Assembly: GCA_026023565.1 (NCBI GenBank)
Contig: JAPETS010000001.1
Coordinates: forward strand, 1,674,001-1,738,000
Origin: Cirrosporium novae-zelandiae
Taxonomy: Eukaryota
Direction: 5' to 3'
DNA length: 64,000 bases
The notes under the pieces: model-generated
Told to the model about the DNA's origin: nothing
Databases searched by the model: none
The model's input: the letters and a program-made list of their open reading frames with translations, nothing else
Part shown: piece by piece, positions 12,819-27,379 of the stretch
Numbering within the stretch: position 1 is the stretch's first letter
Layout: each line of letters starts with the position of its first letter
Program-made: the position numbers and the translations under genes

Positions 12819-13123
12819 GACAAGTAGCCGCTTATGATAAATGCCAAGGAGGCTAGTCCACCACGCTAGGACCATTTCCATCTTCGCTCCGAACTTTCTC
12901 CTTTCCCACGGACTCCTCCCCCGGAAGATCGTAAACTTCATCAAGAACCATTCATTCCTTTTGATGTGTGAATATATATTTTTAAACAATTCTATGCTAC
13001 AAAACTCACTATCCAACAGCCAGTTTTCAAACATAAATACACAGGCAATCTATCTACATTCATGAGTCTTACAATCCCTGAACTGAAGGATTAAAGGTCT
13101 AAACTTCAACCAATTCAAGCTTA

Positions 13124-16100
13124 TCAACAAGAGAGTTCCTGGACAGCGTGTCTAATCTCCTCTCCTACCATATTAATAAACCCAACTATATCATCCTCAC
13201 TCTTGTTGGGTTGAGTCCACCGAATTCCAAAGTCAATCGCATCGGTTACTGGATTCAGAGCTACATCAACATACATCGCATGCGATGGCAAATACGATGT
13301 ATCAATTGCATCTACCGCTGTCCGTCCCAAAAGAGGCGACGATGCTGCGAAGTCGGTAGGTACACCCAAGTGCATTCGTTGCATAATGCTTCCTGGCTGA
13401 TCGCTGAGTCGCTGGTGGTGCCAGAGGAGGTTGATAAAAGTATCAAACAGCGGCCCTTCTGTGCGACCAGCCCAACCAAGGACATCGCGTAAATGACTTT
13501 GCTCATATGTTGTTCTTTGAGCTAGCTCCTCTCTGATTGAAACTGCTGTTTCATGGGGGGTTCGTGTCAAAGCATCATGTACAACCAATGGCGATACGTT
13601 CAGGCATGGGCCACTGAGGGTTTCAAGGTTTTCCCAAGCTTGTGAACGGCCAGCTTGGTACAATCCAAATGTCGTTCCGACCGTGCATGTGGCCCTTGCA
13701 AGGACTCGAGCAAAGGCAGCCAAACAAATGGTATGCAGAGATACCTCAGCGGTACGACACGTTGCTTCAAGAGCCGAAACGTTCTTGACTACCGTAGCTC
13801 GGCCAACAAAGGCTTGCTTAATCGTAGGGTTAGCGAGGACCTCCAGGTCAGCCATCATTATTGTTTCCTGTGCCTGTCTGAGAGTTTCTTTCCAATATTG
13901 CTGTTGCGCTTCGATAGAGACCGAGCGCACTACATTTTTGACAAATGGGGTGAAATGAGGATTAGATTTGCATTCCTCGCCCCTATACAATGAAGATAAG
14001 TCAGAAATGATAAGAGGCATGGTCCAGGCGTCATATAAGGCGTGGTGAAGTGTTAACAAAATTGCGTCACCATCGTCGCCCTGGAGGAAACATAATCGAA
14101 CTGGTGGCGCGAATAGATCGGAGGGATGTCTGGCTTCCTGGTGGAGTGCTTCGAGAACTCCTTCCTTGACTATAGAGACTTTGCGAGAGGTAAATGTGCG
14201 ATTATTGTCCAGAGATGATGGTTTCATGATGACCTGAACAGCATTTGTTGTGGAGGTAGCAGCAAATGTTGTACGAAGAATGGAATGTCGTCGTCGAAGC
14301 ACACCCCATGCTGCCCTCAGGCGGTCCACGTCTAGATGTTCAATAGTAGCGTAGACCCATGTTGGTTCGTAAAATATCCGACCAGACTTCATCCAGCTTT
14401 CCAAGTGATGCAATTGCCCACTCAAACACGGAATGACATCTTCGGTCTCTTCTTGTGATATTTGGAGGATAGAATATGCTTTGGATCGCATTTCTGGTGA
14501 AACAAGTTCGGCTGAGTTCTTCGTAGCAACATTGCGTTTACTTCCGTTGCTTAATAGTCGCTTGCAAATGCCTTCAACGTTCTTGCCTTGTAGTATATCC
14601 GAAACATTTGCCTTGATACCCGCTTTCCTACAGAGTGCCGCTACTCGTATCGTCGCAATAGAATCGACACCAATACTGTATATACTGGTCTGCAGTCCAA
14701 TTCGCTCAGGAGGAACTTGTGCTACCTCAGCAAGGATGTCTCGAACCCGCCGCTCGACTTGGGTGAAATCAGTACGGCCTGTTGCTGGAGAGTCCTCAAT
14801 TGTGGATATCATGGATTCCGTTGGTAATAAACGCAGTGTTTCGGGGAAAGCTAGTACAGATCGTGCAGGGTTGTCTAAGATATCACAGATAGCCGAATCT
14901 ACTCCTTGCAGGAGTTCTATAAGGCTAACTTGCTTCAGATACTCACCCCTGGATGATGCGCGGAGTATGACCGACTGAGGTTGCTCCTCTACCTCTAAAT
15001 TAATTGTGTGTTCTGCTTGCTGTGCTCCATTGTCTGCATCGAGAGGCTTCCAAAGGTCTTCCGAAGGTGACTGGATGTTAGATTCTGTTTTCTGATAAAC
15101 AAACAAGGAATCAAATAGAGGGATTGATGTGCCTCCATTGGCCTTCCGCCAGGCACTTTGTACATTTGGTAGAGAAACATTGTGGAAGATTTGTGACTCC
15201 GCAAGGAAACTTTGAACAGCAGCTACCGCATCGGAATTAGATAAAAGGGGCTGATCAAGTCGCAGTCGGAATGGGACAGTATTGAAAAGAGGACCGATAA
15301 TATTTTCCGCTCCTTCAAGGCGAAGGGAACGGCCGGCAACAACATGTCCAAAGATGATATCCCTCCGAGAAACCACTTTTGTAAGTATTTTTCCATAGGC
15401 CAAAAGCGCAATTGCTTGTAGAGTTACATTTAATTGTTTACATGCATTAGCAACTTTGTTTCGATTAAGATGTAAGGACTGTGTTGCAAAGAACATTTCT
15501 TCCGTTCTCTCATCGGTTGATAGACAAGGAATTGTAATCGGCTTATAATTGACAACATAGCGCTGCCAGAATTCTGCAGCTTGTGTTTGCCTTTGTGTTA
15601 TGACTCTTGCAGCATCACTAAATGGCCTTCGAACTGCCACATCTGTATTGGAATAAACCCGGGCTAGATCGTCGAAAAGATATGGCAATGAGACACCATC
15701 ATATAAACAATGATGCATTGTAATAATTAGGTATCGGCCAGAAGGTGAGACGATTGTACGGGCTTCTAGAGGAGGTATGTGGAAATCACTCTCGATAGCT
15801 GGCTTTTCGATCGTCGGTAGTATATCCTCTACAGACGACGAAACCTCTTGATTGCACCATTTAATATAAGGAAATTGATGCACTGCAGCAAACCAGCTGT
15901 TGCTTGCAGAATTGAAACAATGGAACGAGGTACGGAGAATTTCGTTGGACTGAATGGTACTAATCCATGCATCACGTAGTCGGTCGAGGTCAACATTGGC
16001 TTTCAGCTCTACTACATGGGAATGGACGTAGAGATCACCAGCTGAGGCAAGTGTTTGTGTGAGCATACCCGATTGCAGAGGAGTGCAGTGATATATTCCA

Positions 16101-19100
16101 GTAATTATGTCTTTCGTGGTTAACGTTGGAATATCCTTTGAATACTGTGAGAGTAAATTTTTGTCCGCAAGTAATGGCCGTGATGGTTTTTGCCCTTGGT
16201 TTAGGGACCTGCTTTTGACTCGTGCCCACAGTGCAGTAATACAAGGATAACGTATTACATCAGAAGATGAGATTGGTAACCCAGAATCGCGAAGGCGTTT
16301 CGCAAAGCGAATTGCGATTACAGAATCAATGCCTAGGCGATAGAAAGACGTGCTCTTGCCAATGTCTTTGAGTGAAACCTTACAGGTACTAGAAACAATT
16401 TCTCTCATTGTATTTTCTTCACTGGTCCAATTTTGCTCTTCCAAAAGCTCAGTGTTGGCTGTAGAAGAACCATCAACTTCAGCATTCACCAAACCCATAC
16501 TCTTCAAAGACAAAGTTTCACCTCGAGAGAAGCCTTCTAGCAACAGGTCAACTTGCTCGAGCAAAGAGTCGACATCAACAGTGTTGCGGAAAGTAGAAGT
16601 TGCCGCTGTACGAACAACTATTTTATCTGTTTGAGTTTTTGTTTCAAATTCGATGGCAAAAGGATAATCGGCAGGCATTGAACTTTCAACTTCAGTCCAA
16701 AGGGACTCATAAGTAGCACTTTCGTTAGCCTTGATATAGGAGAAGAGAATGTCAAATAATTGTTGATGGCCAACCCATCGTTGGATGAGACGTAACGGGG
16801 TATGTTGATGTTGTAGCAATTCTATGCTCGACTTATGGACATTTAATACAACATCTGAAAAGGTCTCCATTGCATCCTCAATTTGAATACGTTGGGGAAC
16901 AGTAGTAACGCATGGAGCTAGTATGGACTCAATATCATCGATGGGCAAGGTACGGCCGGAGAGCACTGAGCCAAAAATAACATCTTTTTGTTTAGCAATT
17001 TTAGCCAGAAGGACCCCAAAAACTGCTCTCGCTACAGAGGGCACTGTGGCTCCAATATGTGAAGCTGCTCTTTCGAGAGATGAAAGTTTAGCACCAAGCA
17101 AGCGCTCAGACGTAAAGGCTTTTTCCCTATCATTGGTGGATTGCTTCACAATAATAGTAGGCTTGCAATTCTTAAGATGAGTCTCCCAGAATTTCCTAGC
17201 TAATTGTGGATCCTGAGCAGCAAGATATTCAAGAAGATGAATGACAGGGGCTTGAAACGCAGGCTCAAGTTTTTTGTATAAACGGGAAAGCTCTTCCATA
17301 AGCATTGAGAAGCATTCTCCATCATATATTGAATGATGAAGAGATATTGATAGGAATGAATTTGCATCTGTCGAAACAGCTCTTGCAAGATGAAGTCTTA
17401 CAGGAGGTACTCTCTGGATACTCGCAACAATCTCTGAAGCAATCTGCTGTCTTGCTGCGCGTAAGCGATTTAATGTTGTATCATCATCAAAGGACAGCGA
17501 TTCATTCCAAGCTCCAGGAGACGCATCGGGAGCAAGGATTACTTGACACAGGTTATCATCGTCGGGTTGGTAGAAATATGTCCTAAGCATGCTGGTAAAA
17601 GCCGTTAGCGTGCTCCACGCGTTCTTGAAGAGATCTAAATCCACTTCTGAAGACAGCTTAAGAAGTACATGGTTCACATAGAGAGCCTGCCCTGGGTTGT
17701 TTATGGAGCTGGCGACTAGGGCTTCTTGCAGCGGAAGACAGGGCATGACAGCTTCGATAGAGGCCTCCGAAAGACCCATAGTCCGAGCCACTTGGGGAAG
17801 AAGGCAAGCTTGCATGTCACTTAGATGCTTCTGGGCCGATGCAAGTGCAATGGCATTTGTTTTATCCGTGGTTTTTTGCATCACCAAGAGTGCCAACTGC
17901 TCGATTATGGGATTGCTTAACACATCAGCAACGGAGATGCTGCAACCCAGTTTCCGAAGCCTAATAGAGAGACTTATAGCAGTCAAACTGTCTATTCCAA
18001 ATTGGAAGATACTAGATGTATGTTTCACAGAACAAGGATCGATTTTGATTGTGCTGACTAGAGCATCTCGAATCTTTTCTTCGGTTTCCGTCAATTCACG
18101 TTCTACTCGACCTTTAGTGTTGTTGGAATGCTCCTGACCAAGAAGCTCCGAAAGAGGTATAGAAGCAAAGAGTGCTTTGAGCTTCTTGGCATCCGCTTTC
18201 CCTGAAATGGGTGCCAGAGGTATAAAGGAGACTGGTATAATAACATCAGGTACCATATATGCTGGAAGTAGCTGACGGCAAGCTTCCTGAAGTTTGAGTG
18301 CTGTTTCGGCTCCGTCGGAGTTGAACCTGGGTTCTTGGTTTCGAGAAGATGGCCGATTTGCTGAATTAGATACAAATGAAATAAGCTGAGGTCTTGATAG
18401 GTCAGGATGTCGACTTATCAATGTTGCAGTGTCAACACCGTATTCAGCTGCAGCTTTGATTGTTTCTGAGACCTCCCCAAGTTCAAGGCGTTGACCTCTG
18501 ATTTTAGCTTGGTCATCGCCGCGTCCAAGGTATTCAATGGAGTCATCGGCCATCATTCTTACGATATCACCAGTGCGATACATCCTACAACCGTGGAAAT
18601 TTTCAATAAAAGCTCCAGAATTTGGGATTTTGTGGTAGCCGTTGGCTACAAGGCTTCCAGTGAGACAAAGCTCGCCAGGCTGCCCTCGTTTAGCAGGAAT
18701 AATGGTGCCAGGTAAAAGAACATATGCTGTTGTGTCTGCAAAAACCCATCCAATATTTCGCGTAGTACCCTTGGGGTCAATTTTCCGTACAGTGCACCCG
18801 ACAGTGACCTCTGTAGGTCCGTAAGCATTAAAGAGAGTGATATCTTCATCCGTAGCCCAAGTACTCAGGGTGTGTTCAGATAACTTTTCTCCCCCAACAG
18901 ATAAGAATTTAAGAGAAGGCACATCGGAAGGAGTCAGGTCAGCCTGGTCAAGGAGTGATGGCACGAAACTTGCATGAGTCACTCCTAGTTGCTTGATAGA
19001 GAGTCCAAGGTCATCCAACAGCATTGATCTAGCTCCCGTGACCGCTGTAAGTCCAAGGCGCCACGCTAGAAACATCTCAGAAACGTGAACATCAAATGCT

Positions 19101-22100
19101 CGGCTAGCAAGGCCAAGGTACTTGCCTAGGCCGGCTAGTTTTCGAGTGACGGGAGAGTTCTCGTGGATGATTCCACAGTAGGCTTCAATAAAGGTAGAAA
19201 GGTTGCCTCTTCCTACTAAAACGCCCTTTGGCTTTCCAGTTGAACCGGATGTATATAGTAAATACGAAGAGTCGCTAGGCTGCAGCCAGTCTCTGGATAT
19301 ATTTTCCGAAGCAAGACTTTGTAGCGCATCCAAGTAATCTGGATCATCAATGCAGACTAATTGGGTATTTTTAGGTATACTACCGAAAGTATTTGCAAGG
19401 TCGCGAGTAGTGAAAAGAATAGCAGTATCGCTATCCTCAACAAGCAAGTTCTTACGGTCTGGTGGAAGACTTTCCTCTATAGGAAGATATGTGTTGCCAG
19501 ACTTGAAGATCCCGACAATGGTGGCGTAAGCGTCAAGCGTACGACCAACGCACATAGCAACAACGGATCTTTTGATGCCAGCATTGTCAATGAAATTTGC
19601 AACTTGATTAGATATAGAGTTAAGGGTTGCGAAATCCCATCTCTCCGATTTTGCACCGTCCTCTGTGATAGTACTCGCCACTTCAGCAGCAATCCACTGC
19701 GGATGGTTTTGCGCATGATATTCTACCCAATAAGTGGGATCTTGATTGAACGCGGCCTTGGTAGAATCGTCTGGTATGGAACTTGAAATGGCTAGCAGAG
19801 ATTTGGGAAGTTGGTTTGCTAGCTCCAAGATTGGTTCGTCGGGTAATTGGACTATAGCGCTGATAAGTGCATCTATCTGGAGTGAAATAATCTTCAGGTG
19901 TGCGTTGTTCACAAGGCGATTGTCTGCAGATATGGACAGATCTAGACCGTTTTTGCTTGGGTACACATTCAAGGCTAATGGATGTTCAACTTGTAGCCCA
20001 ACAATATCTTCATATTCACTCCAAATGGCTTCGACTGCGGATTGTTCATCATTATGATCAGGATGTAACGTGAATGCAGCTGGATACAGGGGGTTTGATG
20101 CTGGCTTTTGCAGAATTCGTCTAATAAAGCCAGGCGAGACATGGCGATAGTCCAGTGCCTCATTCGAAAGTCTTGTAAGCTCTTGTATCACCCCTCTTGC
20201 TGTATCGCGTACTTGGACCGGTACAGGGGTTGTAGTGATAAGCGGTGCTACAGTATTCTCCAATGATGGATGTTGTAACCGATCCGATAGCACTTCGGTG
20301 AATACGACTGCAGGGCTTTCCAAGTAATCAGCAAGGATACAACCCCAGGCAACTTTAATAATCGTTCCAAATGAAGAAGCTCCTAACTGCTTAGCTGCCA
20401 TTTCGAGTTGATGGATAGATAAAGTTGACTCTATTCTGTGCGTGATGAATGCCTCCCTTGACTTTTTAGTAGTGGCTTTACCAGTTAGATCTGGCCAAGT
20501 GCTTGCATCAGGGTCTACAAAGTCTTTAAGCACTTGTGACCAAAACCTTTCAGTTTTGGTTTTGTGGTCTCCGTCTCGAGGTAAGGTTAGAGCCAAAGCC
20601 TGAGTGAGCTGCGATCGTTGTTTGGCCTCCTTCCCACCATATAAGGCTTGAACATCATCGAGAATGAATTGTAAAGAAGGTCCATCATGAATAGAATGGT
20701 GTAGGGTTAGCATCATAAATGATTCAGAACCATTAAAAAGGGTTATTTCCCAAGGAGGGCGAACAATATCACTTCTATGATGTAATGTTGCAATGTCTTC
20801 AGCGCGGGTTTTGACACGCCGTGAAAATTCGGAAGGTGTAACATCCTCAACTGTCCGCGGGAGTTGTGCTCCGTCAAATACGAGCTGCAAGAAAGCTGGA
20901 CGGCTTTCTTCAAATGTGCCATCTTCTACCAGCTCCGCCGTGGCAATGAATGCAGTTCTAAGCGCCTGCGTGGTTGATATGACATCAACCCAGGCTTTGC
21001 GTAACCGGTCTATATCCACGGTTTTTGGAAGGCGAAAGACATGGCTGCTCCAGTATGATGCAGGTGTTCGAGCAGTCTCACTTAGAATACCTTCCTGCAG
21101 AGAAGAACAAGGCAATACTGTAAATGCACCGTTCACTTTTAACGCCACTGACGCATGCCACTGACGGTCAAACTTTTGCAGTGTAGATTCTGCCGAACTA
21201 TGGATATTGGAAGTAACTGACTCGATTTCGCCCATCATAGAGGCCAGATGCCGGATTGTTCGACTTCGCATGACTTGGGATACGGAGAGATGATGACCGG
21301 CTTCATTTAACTTAGCTGTCAACCGAATGGAGCGGATTGAGTCGATGCCTAATGTCTGCAGACCAGCGGTTCTCTCTATTAGCTCTTGAGGAGTCTGCGT
21401 CAATTCATGAATGAGCTTGAGCAAAAGCTGTTCAGCTTTGCTCCATGTGGAAGTATCGTCCTGGAGACTTGTCGGATTAACTCGTTGCTCCCAGCTTGAA
21501 CAATCGACAGTTGAGTACACTGCAGCGAGGGCCTTTCGATCCTCTTTAGCAGATGGAGTCCGAGGAATGTGCTTGACCACAAGAAAAAACTGAGGAATCA
21601 TATAGTCTGGTAAAGACTGCTCAGCTGCTGCTAAACCCGCCCGTGAAATGTCCACAGCTTCATCACTGGTTATAAGTAAGGAATCATTTTCCTCATATAA
21701 TCTGGGTGAAGCAAGGAATGCGACGAGCACCTTTGTGGGACGGTCAGGGCGACTTAGGTGGAGAGTAGTTACTTGGTCCACGAATGGATGACATTTCTCT
21801 AGTGCGAAGCTGATTTCACTCAACTCAACACGAATACCCGCAAGTTTGATAAGGTCATCTTGACGACCGATGAACTCAAGACTACCGTCGTGTAACATGC
21901 GTACTGTGTCGCCCGTCAAATAAACACGCTGCTGAAGCTCTGGGCTGAAGACGAATCTAGCAGATGATTTTTCTGGATCGTTGAGATACCCTCTAGCCAC
22001 TTGATACCCTCCTAAGGCAAGCTCCCCCACTCCATTCTTCATGAGGACGTGGCCATCTTTCATACTGAAACATGAAACTGGGCTTAGGGGCCATCCAACG

Positions 22101-25100
22101 TTAGAGGGTTTGATATCGTCAGTCGTCCCATGGAATTGTCTCAATGTAGCAACAACAGTACTTTCTGCAGGACCGTATGTATTGAATGCTTGCATGTTTT
22201 GGGCCCAGTTATCAGCAACGTTATCGGGCAACTTTTCACCTATCATAGTGATAACTTCCAAGGTATGGCAAGCTTCACGAGGGACGACAGCACCATATGA
22301 TGGAGTTAAATGGGCATGAGTAGCCTTGGTGGTATTTGCAAGTTTGGCAAATGACCCAATCATGATCTCACGAGGCGAGGAAATAACAGTACCTCCAAGG
22401 CCCCATGTATAAAACAGGTCCTGGACAAATACATCAAAGGTGTAAGCAGAGAACTGCATGCAGCGAGGGGGGCCGTTGGACGAGGGCGGAATGGAATCCT
22501 GGAGAGCTTTCATACTATTTACGGCTGCTTGATGTTCTACTTGCACACCTTTCGGGGCACCAGTAGTTCCACTAGTCCAGATTAGATACGCGAGATGGTT
22601 AGGCCTTGCCACTGCTGTAATTTGCTCTAGCAGATGGGCATCTGCAAGTGGAGATGGATTGTTCAACACCTTTCCGACATCAACAGTTACCACATTTTGT
22701 GGAATGGCAGCGGGATCTTGTGTACTTGTGCTGCCTGCTAGAAGTAGTACCGAGGAACCAGTTCTCACGACAAGATCATGACGTCGCTGCGGAGGAGCTG
22801 CCGTGTCTATGGGACACCACCCGCCACCAGCTTTCAATATTGCAAGGAGAGCTACATATAATTCCGGGCTTCTCTCGATGCATATTGGGACTGCAGTATC
22901 TGTGAATGGACCAAAAGTCTTCACAAGATAGCTAGCAAGCAAGTCTGCCATTTCGTTTAGCTCATTGTATGTCAATTGTACATTTAATGGGCTTGCTTCA
23001 GACTGTAAATCGCCCTTGAATAACAGCGCGACGTCATTAGGTCGATCCTGAGCAAATGCTTCAAATTGAGCATGCAAGAAACCATATCTATTGTCACTAG
23101 GAATCAAAGATGAAGGGGAGGGATTAGCAATTGATTGAAGCTCTTGTCGGACGGCGGAACAGCCTGATGTGACGGAAAGTTCAGGATTTTCGAGCAGATG
23201 ATCAAGGACATCATCCAGCTGTTTAAGCATAAGGCGTGTAACTGGCTCAGACAAGTGGCTGTCCTTAAATGTAGCTTTAAGTCGTAGGGAATCATTAACA
23301 TCAGGCCAAACTTCGACCATTACCGGAAAGTCATTAGCCATGGGTGGATACTCGATAGAGTCCCATGTTTCAGAATGCTCGCGCCCTGAACCGAACAGTT
23401 GAAATGCCAAGAGGGTATCATAGGGAAGGCCGCCAGAATTTGTCATAAGAGAGCGGAGAGGTATTTGTACGTGGGGTAAACTCTCAATATTTTCAATTGT
23501 TAGAGCTTGTAAAAGTGATGCATTCGTGATTTCAGGAGAAATTTTTACCCGTACAGGGACGGTGGTGAATGTTGGACCCATACAGATCTCGGAATCATCA
23601 TCCAATCGACCAGACAATACGCTTCCGAAAGAAATTTCATTAGCTCCGGATTCTGAATATGTGGATAGGATTATAGCCCAAGATGCTTGTAGGGCTGAGA
23701 GTGGAGAACAACGAATAGAGGATGCTTTTGCCAAAAGATTCGAAAACGACATTTTAGACACTACATTGGCGGTGTCCACGAGTCCTTTGCTCCTTTTAGG
23801 GCGTAAGGCGGTTAGACATGGAAATGGTTCTGGTGAAAACTCTTTTAATTTTTCGGACCAGTACTTTTTACTGCTTTCGAGGTCTGCTGCGAAGTGCATG
23901 TCAACAGCTTTATTCAGCTGCATTCTTCTTGGTAGTTGTTGGTGATAATATTCCGCCAACACCTCTTCTATTAGAAGCTGCAGTGAGCCCCCATCAAAGA
24001 TTGCATGGAAGAGACTTAATACAACCGCAACTTGAGATGACGACTTGACCAGCGCGATTGACCAGGTTGGTCGCTCCAGATCAATTTCTTCTTCGGCTTT
24101 GAACAGAGCCTTTTGTACGGCGGTTGAAAAAGTATCGTTTGCCTCGTTGCAGGAAATATATCTCCAGTATCTCAAATTTTTCTTGACCAACTCACACGAA
24201 GGTGATAGTATACACTGGGCAAAGGGCGATAGTTCGTCATCGATTGGAACAAAGACAGTACGGAAGCAGTCATGACGGGCCAAAATAATATTGAAGCAGT
24301 GTTGCAAGTGGCCATAATCGACGGAGGAGGAGAGATGATAAACATTGTGGTTGATGTACGAATGGCTACGCAAAAAGCTACTCAGCATACCAGACTGTGT
24401 GGCGGTTGTAGGTAGAATCTTTTCGATATCTTGCGACACGAGGCCAAGGTGGTTGTAGCAGCGAGAGCTATTTCTGATTCCAAAATCTTTCAATAAAATC
24501 TGCCATGCCTTGCGGCTAGCTATTGGGCTCTCGATGCTCTGCACATATCTTTCGCCATTCTCATTCCGGCCCTTTTGACGTTCTTCAACAAGAGAAGCAA
24601 TTCCTTGAGCTGAACTGCCACGGAAAACATCGCCAATTGTAAGCTCGACAACGCCCTCTGATCTAGCAGTCTGAAGGAACTTCATCGCGCGAAGGCTGTC
24701 GATGCCAAGGCTCAGAATATTAGTAGAAGGCGCAATCTGATCTAACGTTTGGTTAATAGTCCGAGCCAAGAGTGAGCGAATGTGATCCAATAGGCCTATG
24801 CTTGTGGAATCTTGCGGATTAGGCGTTATCTGATCGGAGCTGGAATGTCCGTTTGTGAGCTTATGGCCGTTCATGACAGGATCATTGGAAATTTTGTCAG
24901 CGATGAGTTTGGAGATAGCTCTTCTGTCTAGCTTCCCGGAAGGTGACCGCGGCAAACTCGACATGAAAATATATCTCCATGGCCGCAAGTAGGGCAACAA
25001 TTGCTCTTCAGCGATCTTCTTGCAGGCACTCTCCGTATTTACTTCGTCTAGATCCTCAGGATCTGGTACAATGACTGCAATTAACTGTTCACTGCCTTGA

Positions 25101-27379
25101 GAAGCATCCTGAGGCCGATGAATGACCATTGCGACCTGGAGAACTCCTTTTGCAGAAGCAATGACAGCCTCCACCTCACCCAATTCGACCCTCCTTCCAC
25201 TGAGTTTGACTTGATCATTTGTGATTCGGCCCAAAAATTCTATCATTTCTTGGTTTTGCTCGTCCCATACAATCCGTGCTTTATCGCCTGTACGATACAA
25301 TCGTCCCCAAGCCTTGCTATTGACAAATGCCTGCTGTGTCTGCTTAGGGCGATTGCGGTAACCCAAAGCAACTTGTGGGCCGCCAATAGCTAATTCGCCG
25401 CTGAGGCCCTTAGCCATTGGAATGGGCTCATGTGATGAAGGGTCAATGATCAACAAAGAACAGGTTGAGAGAGCTGGGCCGATGACCGATCCCCTTGTAT
25501 GTATAGGAAAATTGCCATACAAAGTACAATTAATAGCACCTTCAGTAGGACCATAGGCATTTGCAAGGCCTCGAGGTCCATCCTCATCAGGGGTGTTTGA
25601 AGAGCCATTTAAAGATTTAGGATCTGTACCAAAGCCAGCAATCACCTTGGCGCTCAAACACTCACCCATAGTCCACAAACTTTTAAGGGTAGAGAGTCGC
25701 TCCGGTCTCAACAGTGATGCAACACTAGGGGTTGTCATCATCACGGTTGCGCGCAATTCTGTGACAGTCTCCTCTATATTTGATAATGTGATTTGTCGAT
25801 CAGCTGAGCAGAGGGTTCCTCCCGAACTTAACGTGACAAATATTTCCATAATGGATGGATCAAAAGTGGGTGCAGCAAATTGAAACCAGCGGCTTGGGTT
25901 TGTTGAGGAAGTTGAAAGAGGTAATGTTGTTGCATGTGCCATGATGGAACAAGACGCAGCCAAATGCGAGATTTCCACTCCTTTTGGCTTGCCTGTTGAA
26001 CCACTAGTATACATAACATAAGCCAGATTTGTCTCATGAGGTATGATATGATTACTATTCAGTGATATAACATCTTCAGGGACATCTTCTGATGCTAGAA
26101 GTTCTTCTATATCCAACCATAGAATGTCATCTTGACTCACGGATTCACAAGCACTTTCGGGCGTATGCCAAGGCAAAGGTGTCGGCTTTTTCCCCTTGCT
26201 CAAAACAATATTAGATTGTAGGTCCTCCAAAATGTCCCGGAGTCTTTGCGCCGGCGCATCAACAGGTAGAGGGCAAAATGCAAGGCCTGCTTTAAGAATT
26301 GCAAGGTATGATACATATAATTCTAGAGATGTAGTAAGAAAGACTGGAATGACCTTGGAAGCGGTCTGTTGTCGTTCACGGCCGATTAGGATTAAGCGTT
26401 TCGCGATTCTTGTAGTTGCCGCATCAAGCTCTGCGTAGGATAAAATCCTATGCTCATAGGATATCGCAGTAGATGCACCATCAGAGAATTGAAGGAAGTC
26501 CAAAGCGGGGCGATCTGGATACTTTACAACACCCCGTTCAAATTCAGCATGTAGTAGAGCAGGCGAGGCATCCGAACCATTCGAACACCGATCCACATCT
26601 AATGATTGATTTTGCGATAGATGTGGTGGTCTTGTCACTGGAGGGAAATTCAGAATGGAGAGTTCGGTTCCGGGATTATTATGTTCTTTTCTTATTTCCG
26701 TCAACTCCGATCTTTTGGATACAGGGTGGGTCTGCAGATAGTATGCAATTGCTCTAAGAAGATGCGGTACTGCTGGCTCTGGTAGCAGCTTCGAATCGTA
26801 GGAAAGACGGAATATCAAATCTGTCGTCACTTCGGACGGGCTAACAATGAGTAGAAAGGGCTGTGATTTGCGGTTGAATATTAGTTAGGATTCACATTTA
26901 CGTTTCAGATCAGGAAATTATCTTGAGCTTACTGCTTGAGGGAAATTATTTGGTCTCCTGCTATTAAATTCAGGACATTTGAGAGAGATTTCAATAGCAA
27001 AATCCAGTACCACTTCCGCAGTCTGTGTTTCGTCCGAAGCTTCTATCAATTCCAACTTTTTTTCTGTTCCTATGGAATCTTCTTGCAGCTGCGCAAAAAG
27101 TGTTCCCACATGCGACTGTCCTTGCTCATGGAGAATAGAGAAGCCAAAGGCTACTTCACTCTGGCCAATAAAGTCAATTATGAAGCGCGTGAAGCGCTCT
27201 AGGACCTGTTCCGGTAATAACAAAGGAACGCGCACATCTACTTCAGAGCTACCCACACTCCGAATGGAGCTCGGTAGAGAAGCATGAAATGCCGATAGAC
27301 CGTAAGTATGAAGTGGAGGGAGTCGAGTTGATGGCAATAAAAGTGATCGCGCAGGATCAGGCGCTGAAGAGAACAACAT
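13124..27379 (-). CDS. sidC: Ferrichrome-family siderophore NRPS, SidC/NPS1 type (~4,727 aa; A-T-C-A-T-C-A-T-C-T-C-T-C)
   Basis: Exon 1 is 27379-26933, an intron spans 26932-26861 (GTAAGC...CTAAC...CAG), and exon 2 is 26860-13124. Three A domains (YTSGSTGKPKG, WTSGTTGAPKG, YTSGSTGKPKG), five T domains (LGIDSL, LGIDSI, FGIDSL, LGIDSV, IGVDSI) and five C domains (FHAIFDG, HHSIHDG, HHSIYDG, HHCLYDG, HHALYDA). No TE domain. Confidence 0.93.

Noticed and set aside
23990..24020. First C domain reads FHAIFDG instead of HHxxxDG, suggesting inactivity
   Set aside because: The catalytic second His and the Asp are retained, and variation at the first position is common.
13148..27287. Numerous 60-180 aa antisense and alternative-frame ORFs within the NRPS
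   Set aside because: Shadow ORFs expected for a long coding region; none has domain motifs.
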